Below are positions 52,701 to 64,000 of a stretch of DNA of 64,000 nt, one piece after another. Position 1 is the stretch's first letter; every line of letters begins with the position of its first letter. The translations under genes and the position numbers were made by a program. The DNA comes from Hydrolagus colliei (taxonomy: Eukaryota). The stretch spans positions 8,494,001-8,558,000 of the forward strand of contig CM068750.1 in NCBI GenBank assembly GCA_035084275.1, read 5' to 3'. A model generated the notes under the pieces. The model searched no databases and was not told the DNA's origin. It worked only from the letters and a program-made list of their open reading frames with translations.

Positions 52701-52705
52701 AGTAA
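22754..52705 (+). CDS. ZFYVE26: Zinc finger FYVE domain-containing protein 26 (spastizin/SPG15), ~2572 aa, 41 coding exons
   Basis: N-terminus MHPFGREEEDSLERLFVFFCECLRQGQWDLA; FYVE domain WVPDDDAVLCMVC...FNRRHHCRRCGRVVC...RVCDQC. Exons: 22754-22944, 23341-23422, 23561-23650, 23997-24531, 25026-25156, 26560-26724, 27159-27247, 27747-27907, 28247-28444, 28848-29534, 30030-30122, 30827-30892, 31437-31588, 32286-32475, 32624-32887, 33587-33706, 34289-34450, 34823-35050, 35707-35812, 36259-37004, 37237-37430, 37752-37856, 38963-39085, 39442-39618, 40611-40860, 42279-42377, 42497-42663, 43992-44125, 44485-44516, 44717-44853, 45720-45940, 46179-46326, 46716-46925, 47549-47767, 47923-48120, 48232-48437, 48796-48934, 49271-49330, 49558-49740, 51472-51522, 52496-52705. 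They sum to 7719 nt, in frame. An alternative in-frame ATG lies at 22739. Confidence 0.96.
25815..25902. mobile_element. 88-bp MITE with CCCAGGTAGCAA terminal inverted repeats
   Basis: Perfect 12-bp TIRs, AT on both flanks, internal CCCATATGGG repeats. Confidence 0.75.
39670..39770. mobile_element. Penelope-like element fragment (also ~40025-40055)
   Basis: AACAGAAGTTGCTGGAAACACTCAGCAGGTCAGGCAGCAT...GACCCTTCATCAGAACTGG resembles a common shark Penelope-type repeat (recalled, not searched). Confidence 0.5.
44994..45330 (+). mobile_element. Old SacSINE1/Deu-type SINE. Related copies at ~31790-32112(-), 23750-23915(-) and 42390-42470(-).
   Basis: Head TTGGTTCAGTTGGTAGTACTC, central CTTCAGATGAGGTGTTAAAC, and an L2-like tail; strongly diverged. 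Confidence 0.55.
50488..50583. repeat. Direct tandem duplication of a ~44-bp unit
   Basis: AAAAAATCTCTTATTTAATTCAGTGT..TGGATTTCTTCATTTT occurs twice, with 2 differences. Confidence 0.9.
51889..52395 (-). mobile_element. L2-clade 3' remnant
   Basis: Minus strand translates ...QWIQFKILVLTFKVLRGFTPPYLCNLL (L2 ORF2 C-terminus), followed by the tail. Confidence 0.8.
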
Positions 52706-55700
52706 AGTGCAACCGGAGGATGATGAGGGCACATGGGAACATAATTGCCACCTCACATGCTCTTATAAATCTCGGCAAATTTAGCTGAACAGGGTAATAG
52801 TGAAATGGCAATAACCTTGGTTTGAAGTTGGATTCCATTCGCATTCAGTTGTGACCTTCTTGCTTTTTTAATACTGTAGCCAATTGCAATCAGGCTGAGC
52901 CGCAGCAAATGCCACCAATAACAGCAGTGTTATGAGCTCAAGGTCAACATGCAAATTCAACTGGCAACTGACACTCACGCTTTTATGAGCGTGTAAGTTT
53001 ATAATAGACTACTGAGGATGCCAATTGGGATTTGCCAACACAAGTTAATATAGATGGTGCTCTTTTTGACATTACTTGTGGTTGGTCCTTGACTGTGACA
53101 AACTTGTCAAAGTGAAACTGTCTAACTCATGAAGACCAGTCTAAATAAGCCATCATGTGACAAGTGTCAGTTGCAGTAGCTTTGGCTCTTCGTATTTACA
53201 GAAAATCTAAAGTTGCGGTTGTAAAACCACAGATTAGTGTGTTTCTAAAACAGTTCCCGATATAACCTTAACTTGAGAAGGGAAGATTTCTCTTTGTAGC
53301 AGTACAGTTTGCTCTGGTTCCCTTTCAGTAGGCATTTTCATAGGTGCAAGTTTGGGCCAGTATGATAGGTGCCCCAATCATATCTGAGTTGATTCACTTC
53401 TGTTTTTTTTAAAAAAAGAAAAATTACTTGATGGTTGTCAGGAAGACCTTCACAGGTTTACATGTCTGCCCTTCATTCTAAAGCTAGGTAAATACAACAT
53501 GTAACTTTCTGCTTAAATTAATTTGGAGAATATTTGGGGTCTCAGATTGAGGTTATGTTGAGTGGTGTTTTAAGCAATAAAGCAAATTGTGGTCTTATGG
53601 AGCTTTAAACATAAATAATTTCACTTTTATGATCAAATAGAACTACAAACAAACAGTATAGCTTCTTTGCATTCTAACACTGAAGTTAAGATCATTTTTG
53701 TGTAAAGTAAAATAATTTGGAATTTAATTTTGTGCATTTGTGTCAATAATGAAAAGATTATATTTTTAAGTAATTAACAATTTTCAAACAGTAATGTTTT
53801 ACTATTTGTAAATTCCAGATCAAATATTATTGGAGTGCCAAAGGCATTTGCATTACATGTTTATCAGAAGCATTTCCTCACCTACAGACATGTTGGTGCA
53901 ATTAATTGTGAAAATCAAAATGAAATGATTAACTCCCATTAACTGACCGGGAATAAAATCTCTGTAGTGATACAGCTGACAAACAAGATATTCAGAAAAT
54001 CAAATATGACTTGGTTTAGTCCTCCTGAGTGGAAGAGAGATATTCACTAAGTGTATTGAATTTGTCCTCACAGCCATTTTAAATTGCACATACTTACAAG
54101 TGAGTGAGATTAACACTGCACATGGTATATCTGAAATGCTGAATTCAGCCTCCTTTAGCTGACATTTTGTAGAAGTAAAAATGTTGAATCCCAAAGAAGT
54201 ATTTTAACAGTAAATTAAGTTCCATTAAGCACCGAATATATTGATTACCTATTTTTGCTTATCCACTCAAGGACTGATTAAATACATTAAAGATATTTCA
54301 TTTGCTGCTTTTGCACAATAATTCCACATCAAAATGTGCCATCTGAATGATATTAATGGAATATGTTAAAATAAATTACAGTAAATAAGTATATGTGGAG
54401 AGCACAGCTTATGATTAATTCACCAACTATGTTTTGTATAATGCAAAAACATCAGTCTAGGTTTTCTTTTCCTTCTGTGTGATGCTCTCTTTAATTTTCA
54501 AAGCAGATCTTATTTTTATAATATATACTGTTTTGATTTTTATATTGGGAATTAAAAAAAAATTCCAGGACATTTAAATGTCAAAACATTAATAAAATGC
54601 AGATTGTAACCATTGTTTCTTAAGAAATTACAAAAAAAGACCACCTCACTGGTAAAATAATGTTAAGCTGTAGGATAGTTATTCATGTATTTGTATAAAA
54701 TGGTAAAGGATCCTAAAAGGTAGCTTGCAAGTGAGTGTAAAAGAGCAGAATACTGTAAGCATATTTAAGAACAGAATTGTATGCTGCAGTTTCAGCTGGT
54801 TTTGATGTTCTATTTAGATGGATTAGGTTTCCTGTGTTTACAATGGGGATAGGGCTCCAATTATGTTTGGAATAAAAAACTATTGTAATAGGAACGAATT
54901 ATAAATTTAATTCTACTCATATGAGAAGGATTTTCATGACATGAATCGTGTGATTTGGTGCAGTATAACATGAGAAACACCACATTAATGATATTGCAGT
55001 TTCTATTTATAATGGGAAGTTTTAACTCCTGCTGTGACTTTAAACTATGTTAACAGTCTGCTTCATTTAGAAAAAATATATAATATTGTACACATGTTGC
55101 ACAGTATTGTACTCGACAGTTAGAGAGGAGGTCATTTCCAGTTTTCATTGGAATTTTACAATAAGAGGAATTCTGCAACAAACCTGTATTTGGCATTAAA
55201 GTATAAAACTACAAAAGTAGTGCAGAATTCAATCCTCTTTATCCCCCACTTCAGAATCACCCATGTTTGTTGTCACGGTAATCTCATCATCCAAGCAGAT
55301 AAACTCAAGTGTGTGGAAAATAACTCATTAAATGCATCAGGTTTCATGAATACTGTACCATAGATTGTTTGATAAAACAATAAATGTGTTCATTGGAAAA
55401 TTAAACAGTTGGTACTATTTATCAGTTTGATCAGGGATGACTATTCATAAAATAGTGAAAAGCAATTCACAGCTGATTCCTCTATCATCAATACCTTGGT
55501 TAGTTCTGATATTCAGTTGAGCTTGATTAAAACTCATTATTTTAATGTTAGAAGACTTTTCTAGTCAGCCATTCAATAAAAGAATAATTTAGTATTTTAA
55601 TTCTGGTCCCAGAATATTCTAATAACTGGCATGACAGATACAGCTTCAGTGAGTTCTAATGTATGTTGCTTTTTAAATATATATATATATATTCAACATG

Positions 55701-58700
55701 GTGAATACAAAGAATACCATGCTATCTGGCATGTGCAAGGTTTTATTTGTCTACAGAGCAAGGCTGATATTTAACCAGCAGCTGATAAAATATGTCCCAA
55801 ATATGTAGCAATCAAGAAACTATGAAATGTAAACCACAAGTTAGGATTTTAAAACGATAGTGACTTGTGCTGGACAAAAAGCATTTGCTGAGTTCTTGCC
55901 TCCCACTTTCAGCAAAGGCATGTGCCACAAGTCGCTACAGCTACAACTTTCTCCATAGTAGACTGATCAACACTTCTCCACTTCCCGAAGCAAATTATTT
56001 ACTGCATGTTTAACTTTATTTGTGAACCAAAGATAATTGGAGAGGATGGTGGATTATTGTTTTGGCATGTTTAGGGGTTGTTAGGTGTGCACCGCAGGAA
56101 TCATTCTATAAGATTGTATGAAATGGAGCACTGAGTATTTTGTAATATAGATTTTTTTCTTTGTTTTCTGAAAGTTTCCTTGGGCCCCCACTGACACTTA
56201 CAAAAATAGGTCTTCACAATCATTTTATTTGTTCATCCTGTGTCCCAATTTTTTTTGGAGGTGTTTTGGAAGAAAGTACAGAATTATGTCAGTGATTATT
56301 GTAACTGATTACATATCTTCCCAAATAAGTTGACCTGTAAATATAAATTTTAAGTTGTAAATTATTGCGGCAATTAAAGGGCAGATAATTAATCTTGGAC
56401 TTTGTGGATATTTTATTTTTATAGTTTTGTAATCCAAGTGAAGGAAATTTGCAAAGAAATAATATACTTTGTAACCAAATTGTCCCAACATTCATAGTTT
56501 ATTTCATGCATTATGAGGGTTTCTCATGTGCAAAATACCTATGCAAAGATTGTTATGGCTGACTTAAGGTGGTTATTCGACATATCAAACTGCACATTCC
56601 ATTTCACTGTAAGATTGTTTCCCATTATTGCTTGCAAAACTGCACTGTAAAAAGCACTTTACAATTACTTCACTTTACTGTGAGAATTATGGTCAGTTAC
56701 ACATCCAAATTAGCTGGGATTATTTAATCATTCTAATGTTACTCTTCTGCAACAAACATACATTGTATGTGTACCTTCATCTGTTAACCCATTAAACAAT
56801 TATTGTGAATGTTTATAATCAACAGCTAAAACTGCATACAGCTTGTATTTCAGCATTCATGTTTGTAAATTCATTGACTTTGGCTGTCAAAATGCCATCT
56901 TCGTTATCAAAAAATGTTCATTTTTAAGTTACAATTTTCCTATTACAATTGTGTAAACGTTCATATATACATATGATTAAACATACTGCTCAGAATTGTT
57001 TTGTTTCTGCAATACTGGATTGACTTTTTTTAAAAGAAAAAATAGAGTCTGAAACAATGACTGTCCAGCGCCTTGGGACATCCTCCTGACGTGAAAGGCG
57101 CTATACAAGCGTAATTTTGTCGTTGTTTCGGAGCAAACTGGGTAGCTTGTTTGTTGCCCAACATTAGTGCATTTCTAAAATTTGCCTTTTCAATCTGTTA
57201 ACATATCTTCCTTTCGTGGACTAGTAGAACAGAATATTGAGACATCAATTGATCTTGTGCAGTGGCAAGGATTCCAGATTTCTGATGTTTCTCAGATATT
57301 CAGGGAACTGCCTGTTCACTCAGTCACTTCATCACAAAGAGGTGAAAAACTTCTTGTGCATTCTCTATCAGATGATCAACTACCTTGCAACCAAGATTAA
57401 ATGTTATTTAAAATGTGGGCAACAAGAAGGAAGATTTAGAACTTCAATGTTAGTCCAAATCTGCACAACTCTGATGTTAGTCCAGGATTTGCCTGTCACT
57501 TGAATGTGTGTGCCTCAGGTGTGATTTTAGTTGTTCATATGTTCAACTGGAGGAGCTCATTAACTGAGTCATTGCAACTCTAAAAGTTGGCAAAGGAAAC
57601 TGACCTTGATTGGGTTTGGCTGACTTACATGTTGCACTTTGCTCTGGCAGTATTTCATTATGCCATCTTTTCAGTGTTGAAACTAACTAACTTTGAACTC
57701 AAGATTATTGGTTTGACCCATTTGATCAGAATGCCCATCTTACTACCTCCCTAACAACAAGAAGTTACATTCGGATTGTGTCTTGCACATCAGGCCGTCC
57801 CACAACATTGAGCTATTTTAGATAAGTCATGTCCTTGGCCTCTACCACCCTTGAAAATCTTGACATTTAATTACCTTCTGTGTTTGACAAAATCTTTTTT
57901 TGTGAGAATGCCCAAATCAATGTCCTCTTTTAAATGGTGTTGAGGTGTGGATTTTAAGGGAAGCAAAGTTTTGTCATTAAGTTTTCATAATGGTGATTAT
58001 AAGTACAGTATTACATATAGTTATGGCATCTATATTTTGGCTACATAATTGTAAATTATTTAAGAGAACGATATACATACCCACGAAGAATGAATACATA
58101 TCGGAGTCTTCCATTATGGCATGCGAGGCTTGGAGATGCTAGATGTGTATAAATATCTCCCAATTCTGTCTCTAGAATTGTATTATTTTTTAATGACATG
58201 TTCAACCACAGGCACTTAACCCAAAGTGAGGGTTTATTCCTGTAGGAATGGATTTATTTCAGGTAGGCTTTTTAACATTGCCTAACCTTATTTTCAAATT
58301 GAGCGATTCCTGTGGCTTGCACAACAGTAAGCATGTCATTTGCAAATGCCAACTTTATAACTTTCATTTATATAGGGGCAGAAAGTGTATGAATTTATTT
58401 GGTGCCTCATGATCAGCTTTCCCCATGTCTATTGCCGCAGACTCCAGATAGGCACTATGGCAGGTATTCATGAACGTTTGTGGTGTTGCATCAACTTTGG
58501 TGAGTCCACCGACTACAGTTGATTACATACTTCCATTAAATATGAAACCATTTTGAACCAATTGTTCTAATTTATTACCAATATTGATTATAAATTATTC
58601 TAATTTTTTTTAAAAAAATTATAGTGAATTTATATCAAGTTAATTGATATCAAGTGAGTTGCGTAATTCATTCACTTGAAGTTGGGTGGTTAGAAGTGAA

Positions 58701-59621
58701 AGAATAGAACTTTGGGTTATAATTTCAAAGTAAGTGAGTTTTTTCTACTTTGTTGTTTCCATTATACTGTATATTAAAAAAACTACTGGTAATTTTTCTC
58801 TGAAAAATTTCCTGTGTTGCACCAAAATACAATAAAAAGCACCAGCCATGCCTCTCCATGCAGCTTCAGTTTAAATTAATTTTACAGGGTGCAAATATGA
58901 AGTAATGTAATGCACAGCATACACAAAGCTTAAATAAGTGGTCTCATCTGAAAGTCACAATAGTAGTGTAGCAAAACAGAAACCCAACTAAACTGCATTG
59001 CAGATTCATGACAAAATGCAAAGAATGAATGCGAAAGAGTGAATAGCTAAAATCATTTACCTGAAAAGTTAATGATGCAACATCATAAATCTAAATGCTG
59101 TAGTGAGTTGCAAAACGTAAGAGTTCGATGTCTTGGGAAGAAACAATTTTCCAGAGGTTGTAAATCTTTAAGGCCACATGAGTAATGATAAACTTCTACT
59201 TGAGTAATGGAAAATTCATGGACAACAGTGAGCAAGTTAATTCTTTAATCATTTAGATCAACCTATATGTTATACAAACAGATCAAGTGATTGCAGTGAC
59301 TCAGAGCATACAAATTGCTCATTGCTTTTAAAGCACTGTTTCGCATTTTTACAATTTTTTTTCATTGCAGTCTTTCTTTGCCCACTTACAACTCCATGTT
59401 TAGAATCTAAACACTGCAGCCAGGTTTCCAAGCTAGCACAGTACAGTATACGGATGATTATTCAAAACATGGACAGGAGCTGATGAATTATAAACATTAT
59501 GGCAGCATGACTGCGATCAGATTGTCACAAAACAGCCAATCTGGCAACTTGATACGAAACATTGATATTATCTTTAAAGTCTCGATAAAATTCCTGAACC
59601 CTCTTCAGATAATTATTATAC

Positions 59622-60227
59622 TAATAATAATCCTTGCATTTGATATAGCGCTTTTCACATCTTCTAGACATCTCAAAGCGCTTCACAGAATAATAATCAT
59701 CCTTGAATTTGATATAGCGCTTTTCACATCTATGTCTCAAAGCGCTTTGCAGAATATACTGTAAAGTGAATTGACTTTATAGTTGTGGGTGAAATGCAGC
59801 AGCCAATTGCGCACAGCAGTGTCCCACAAACATTCGTGGATTCAAATGACCAATTTTATTATTGTTTTTTTTTAGGCGTGTGGAGTAAGGAAACTTGCCC
59901 AAGGTTTCACCCTGACCTGCTCAGATTCGAACACAGGTCTTATGCTTGTAAGGCGAGTGCTCTAACCACTGAGCTACAGGACTCCACTTATACTGTAAAG
60001 TGAATTGACTATATTTGTAGGTGAAATGCGGTAGCCAATTGCACACAGCAGTGTACTACAAACAGTCGTGGACTGAAATGACGAATTTTATTATTGATTT
60101 TTTTGAGGAATTATTATTAGGCGTGTGGAGTATGGAAACTTGCCCAAGGTTTCACCCACCTGCTTGGATTCGAACACAGGTCTTACGCTTGTAAGGCGAG
60201 TGCTCTAACCACTGAGCTACAGGACTC
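59622..60227 (-). mobile_element. Two nested copies of the same tRNA-derived SINE
   Basis: Heads at 60227 and 59985; tails ending at 59689 and 59622. Confidence 0.88.
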
Positions 60228-60255
60228 TTCTGAAACCTGCTGACACGACCAACAA

Positions 60256-60261
60256 TTTATT
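60256..60261 (-). promoter_or_regulatory. Candidate RDH12 polyadenylation signal (AATAAA on minus strand)
   Basis: TTTATT on plus, ~130 nt after the stop codon. Confidence 0.45.
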
Positions 60262-60388
60262 TTGTCAGGTAGGCACATAATCAATATTTTTTAAAGTAGT
60301 CTTGAGACAATGGTGGAGACAGACAGAGAAATCTTCAGTAGTCCACACTTTTACAATCTAGATTCCCTTCAATTTCGGTACCATGTTC

Positions 60389-63300
60389 TCAGTCCCATTG
60401 AATTCCCAGAAGGTTGCAGCTTACGTCCCAAAGCTTCCTGGCTGTTTCATCATTCCTGCCTTGGAGTGCCACAAATGCAGGGGTGCAGTCACTGTGTAAA
60501 GAAGACCAAACCATTTCTGGTACAGCAATTGAAAGTTGCAACATAAAGTAGATGACTGTTTCGGACTGTTATCAACCATACCATTTATTGGTTCAGGAGA
60601 ATAAAGTCAGGAAGAGCTTGGGCGAACACAGTTTTATAAATCCTTAAAAAGGTAAATGGGACAGTGAGTCATTATAACAAAAAGACACCCACATAGCTGG
60701 GGTTTTTTTTTAGCAATTGCACATTAAAAAGGGATTGGTTTGGATACATCAGATACAAACCTGAAGTGTTTTCCAGAAACCTCTTGCAGTTCCTCAGCGA
60801 CCGCACAATATACACTGGTCTGTGCACCCTCTCGGGGTGTTTTCATAAGGAAAGCCAGAACCTTCCATGCCAAGGCCATGGCAGAGGAGTGTCTGATTAA
60901 CTCTGAGCAAACGGTGCCTGGGTGCACGGAATTTACAATCACTTTGGTCCCTTAAACAAAAAATTATACAGTAAACATTCCATGACAGTGAAACTTGCGT
61001 TTCTGTGAGTTTTGAAGCACCTTCTTCAATCGAGTCAGAGGGTTATGATCAGCTTTAATCGATATTAAGCTTCCATCTAGCTCGCAGATTATTTGTATTT
61101 GAGAAACCAGATATCCACTAATCCTTTCTTTAAATGAGTTAAATGTTTGTAATACTTCCACTGTGCACATTACAACAGGCAGAACATTACCTTTCCCCAA
61201 TGCCTGTTACTGTTTCCTACATGTCAGGTGAGGAAGCAAGGGAAGCAATCCATAGTTTCTATTAATGTAGAAGGTATTTAAGGTGTGAGCAGAGGATGAT
61301 CAGTTAATAATGCAAGCAGTGGGGGGCCACCTTTTAATACAATCCACCTCACACCCTCCTTTGATTCTGACTAAATCATTGTGAGCAAATCAGTCATTGT
61401 TCAATGTTTGCAAACGGACTCATTAATTAATTACCAAACTCGGGCAATACTTATTTGCATCTTACCTTGTAACCTCTTGGCCAGTTCTCGGGTAAACAGC
61501 ACGTTTGCCAATTTACTTTGGCAGTAAGCTAAGCCCCCGTCATAACGCTTTTCACTCTGCAAATCATTAAAATTGATCCGACCAAAGTTGTGTCCAAAGG
61601 ATGACACGTTAACAATGCGAGCCGGAGACGATCTTTTAATTAGATCCAGAAGGAGATGAGTCAGCAAGAAATGCCCTAAAGGAACAATGTGAAATATTTC
61701 TGAATTGAGAAATTTGTAATTTCGGTGTAACAGGTACTTTAACAACAACGCATTTGTATAGCATGGCAGACCAGGGAAAGGTTCCAATACTTATGGTTGG
61801 ATCATTAATTTCTACTGTGCGTTCTGTGGTTTTTATAATTCACTGTGGCTTTAAAACTGTGTTGTGATCATTTTCACTGGTGATAATTATTACATTAAGC
61901 AAAAATATTATCACACATTGTCTAAAAAATATTATCTAAAATAGATAAGTTATTTTGTAGATGATAAAGACGCATTCTTGATCAGAGGCCCTGACTTCAA
62001 TTTTTGGATAGGAATGGTTATCATCGGTTGCAGAACAGCAATGCCAATGCCCAGGTCACAAGCACAAGTACACACAAGTATATAAATGCAAGCTGTTGTA
62101 CTTTCATCTGCAGCCTCTCTAAAAACGCAGAGATTCTGGTAGAATTCATTACATTTGTGCCCTGCAACCCTCACTGCTCAGGCTGCCGAAACCCTCACCC
62201 ATGCATTTGTCACATCAAGGCTTGACTATGGAAACTCCTTCCTCGTCGGCCATCCCAGATCCTCCCTTCACTAACTGCAGATCATCCAAAACTCTGCAGC
62301 TCGTGTCCTCTCCCACACCAGGCTGTGACCCCATCACTCCCACTCTCACACAGCTCCATTGGGACGTCTTTTGAGACGTCTCGAATTCAAGATCCTTATT
62401 CTACTTTCAAGGCCTTGCATGGCCTTGCCGCTTCCTACCTCTCCGACCTGCTGACTTCCTACCAACATGTCCGTCCCCTCCGTTCAATGGGCTTCGGTCT
62501 GCTCCATGTCCCCCGCCCAACCCGCGCCACCGTTGGACAGGCATTCAGCCTCACTGGCTCTGGAACTCCATCCCACAGTCACTTTGCCTTGCTTCCTCCC
62601 TTGCCTCCCTCAAGGCTGATCTTAACACTCTCCTTTTCGATTGGTACCTTCTGCTGCCCTCACACCTCTCTCTCTACCTTCCCCCCTCCCTTGCCCTCCC
62701 CCATGCTCGGGCCCTGACCTTTGACTGTTCAGCGCCTTGGCATGTTCCGCTGACGTGAAAGGCGATCTGTAAATGTAATTTGGTTGTTGTTATTGTTGTA
62801 GAGCTAACTGAAGAGACACTATTTAATATTACAATTATAATTTTTAATTATTTAGTGCTTTTCAGTTTTCTTCTGTAAACTTACCTAGATGGTTTACACC
62901 GATGTGCATTTCAAACCCGTCAGCTGTCTTTGTGTAGGGGCACATCATCACACCAGCATTGTTGATCAATACGTTGATCATTTTTTCCTCTGATGGACAA
63001 AATACATTGTAAATGGAGGCTGCCATGTTTGCAGACTTTATCATTTTTTTTCCTAACAATAAATGGAATCCTGAGATTAAAATCCCCAAAGCCCTCTTCC
63101 CCCTCTGGCTTCATCCACTTATTGATCTCTACTATCAGGAAATGCTGTAGTAAGAAGGGTTACAATTGGCTTGGCTTCACGGGCCTTATATATTTGCAAA
63201 CTGGATTACCTTTCATTATATCTTCTGCAAGTTGCCGTACAGACTCTGTATCGGCAAGGTCTAGCTTCCGAACGATTATTTGTTCATTCCCGGTGTCCGC

Positions 63301-63986
63301 ACGGATCTCCTCTGCTGCGATTTCTGCCTTTACTAAATCTCTGCATGCAATGATCACTCGAGCACCTGTGAAGAACAACAGCAGTAACAGTGTAACTAAA
63401 AGAAATCTGGTAGAACCAAATCCTGGAGAAACGCACCCAAAAATAATGACTTAAAATGTAGAAGTGCTTGGAAAAATAACCTGGAGGTTATTGTGCTGTG
63501 GAATCCACCCTTTTGTGTGGTGGAAACATGTTCAACAGCACTGGTGACTGTGCAAGTGGAGTGAATGGGGGAGTAGTTTCTTTCAACCCAGACAAGGGAA
63601 AAACAAAGCCAAGATTCCCGCTCCTAAACAGTATCAGTAACCTCTGCTGGAAGTACTTTCGTGTGGACGGAAGCTGGGCTTGGCTGTACTGCCCCCACCT
63701 TTCTGTCACAATCAATTCAATGGCCAAACTCACTATCCAACCTGGACAATACTGCACAAAAACGTTCAGGTAGCTTTTGGTGCAGTACTCGATGACTGCA
63801 GCTTCAGGATCCTTAGATCAAAGTGGAAATCTGATGCTATATTGTACAATGCCTGGCAATACATTACCTCTCACTGCCAATTCCCTTGCTGTCTCTTTTC
63901 CAATTCCAGTGTTAGCCCCAGTAATCAACACCGTTTTCCCATCCAGTCTTGCACTGGTTTTACACACTCCACCAGCAGCATATCGC
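60389..63986 (-). CDS. RDH12: Retinol dehydrogenase 12/11-like SDR, 5'-partial; coding exons 63986-63868, 63365-63210, 62989-62885, 61675-61466, 60950-60761, 60491-60389
   Basis: TGANTGIG Rossmann motif, [11 protein letters not shown], catalytic YCQSKLAN, C-terminal [17 protein letters not shown]. Exon sizes 119/156/105/210/190/103 match RDH11/12 as I recall them. Tail-to-tail with ZFYVE26, like human RDH12. RDH11 versus RDH12 orthology cannot be settled from sequence alone. Confidence 0.9.
62170..62800 (+). mobile_element. L2-clade 3' remnant in an RDH12 intron
   Basis: [18 protein letters not shown]...[12 protein letters not shown]...[17 protein letters not shown], then stem-loop and (TTG)n. 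Confidence 0.85.
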
Positions 63987-64000
63987 CTGTAAAACAGTTA

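Noticed and set aside
60160-60227. tRNA-Val/Ala-like sequences with A and B boxes (also at 59985, 10344, 6832 and 18209)
   Set aside because: These are SINE heads: no acceptor-stem closure, variable anticodon (TAC/TGC/CAC), and continuous with the SINE body.
62993-63454. 153-aa plus-strand ORF
   Set aside because: Antisense shadow of an RDH12 exon.
1-64000. CRISPR arrays, operons or other prokaryotic/phage systems
   Set aside because: The sequence is spliced vertebrate DNA; the recurring ~50-bp motifs are dispersed retroposon tails, not regularly spaced repeats.

Overview
Vertebrate nuclear genomic DNA, AT-rich and intron-containing. The compact introns and the repeat content (a tRNA-headed SINE with an (ATT)n tail, plus L2, CR1 and Penelope remnants) suggest a cartilaginous fish, probably a chimaera such as Callorhinchus; this is inference. 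I reconstructed four protein-coding genes exon by exon, with consistent splice phases. (1) PLEK2 (+), 8 coding exons, first exon upstream of the window. (2) A small galectin-related, LGALSL/GRP-like gene (-), 144 aa, which the ORF track misses entirely. (3) A complete ZFYVE26/spastizin (+), 41 coding exons, about 2572 aa, with one GC-AG intron. (4) An RDH12/RDH11-like SDR (-), 6 coding exons, first exon beyond the window. I see no evidence for a wholly new biological system. The best leads are the galectin-related gene beside PLEK2 (a possible LGALSL ohnolog with a half-degenerate sugar-binding site) and a CLEAR-like/X-box promoter with a possible uORF at ZFYVE26. Also notable are two hairpin/MITE-type elements and a covarying 3' stem-loop shared by three SINE/L2 tail families.
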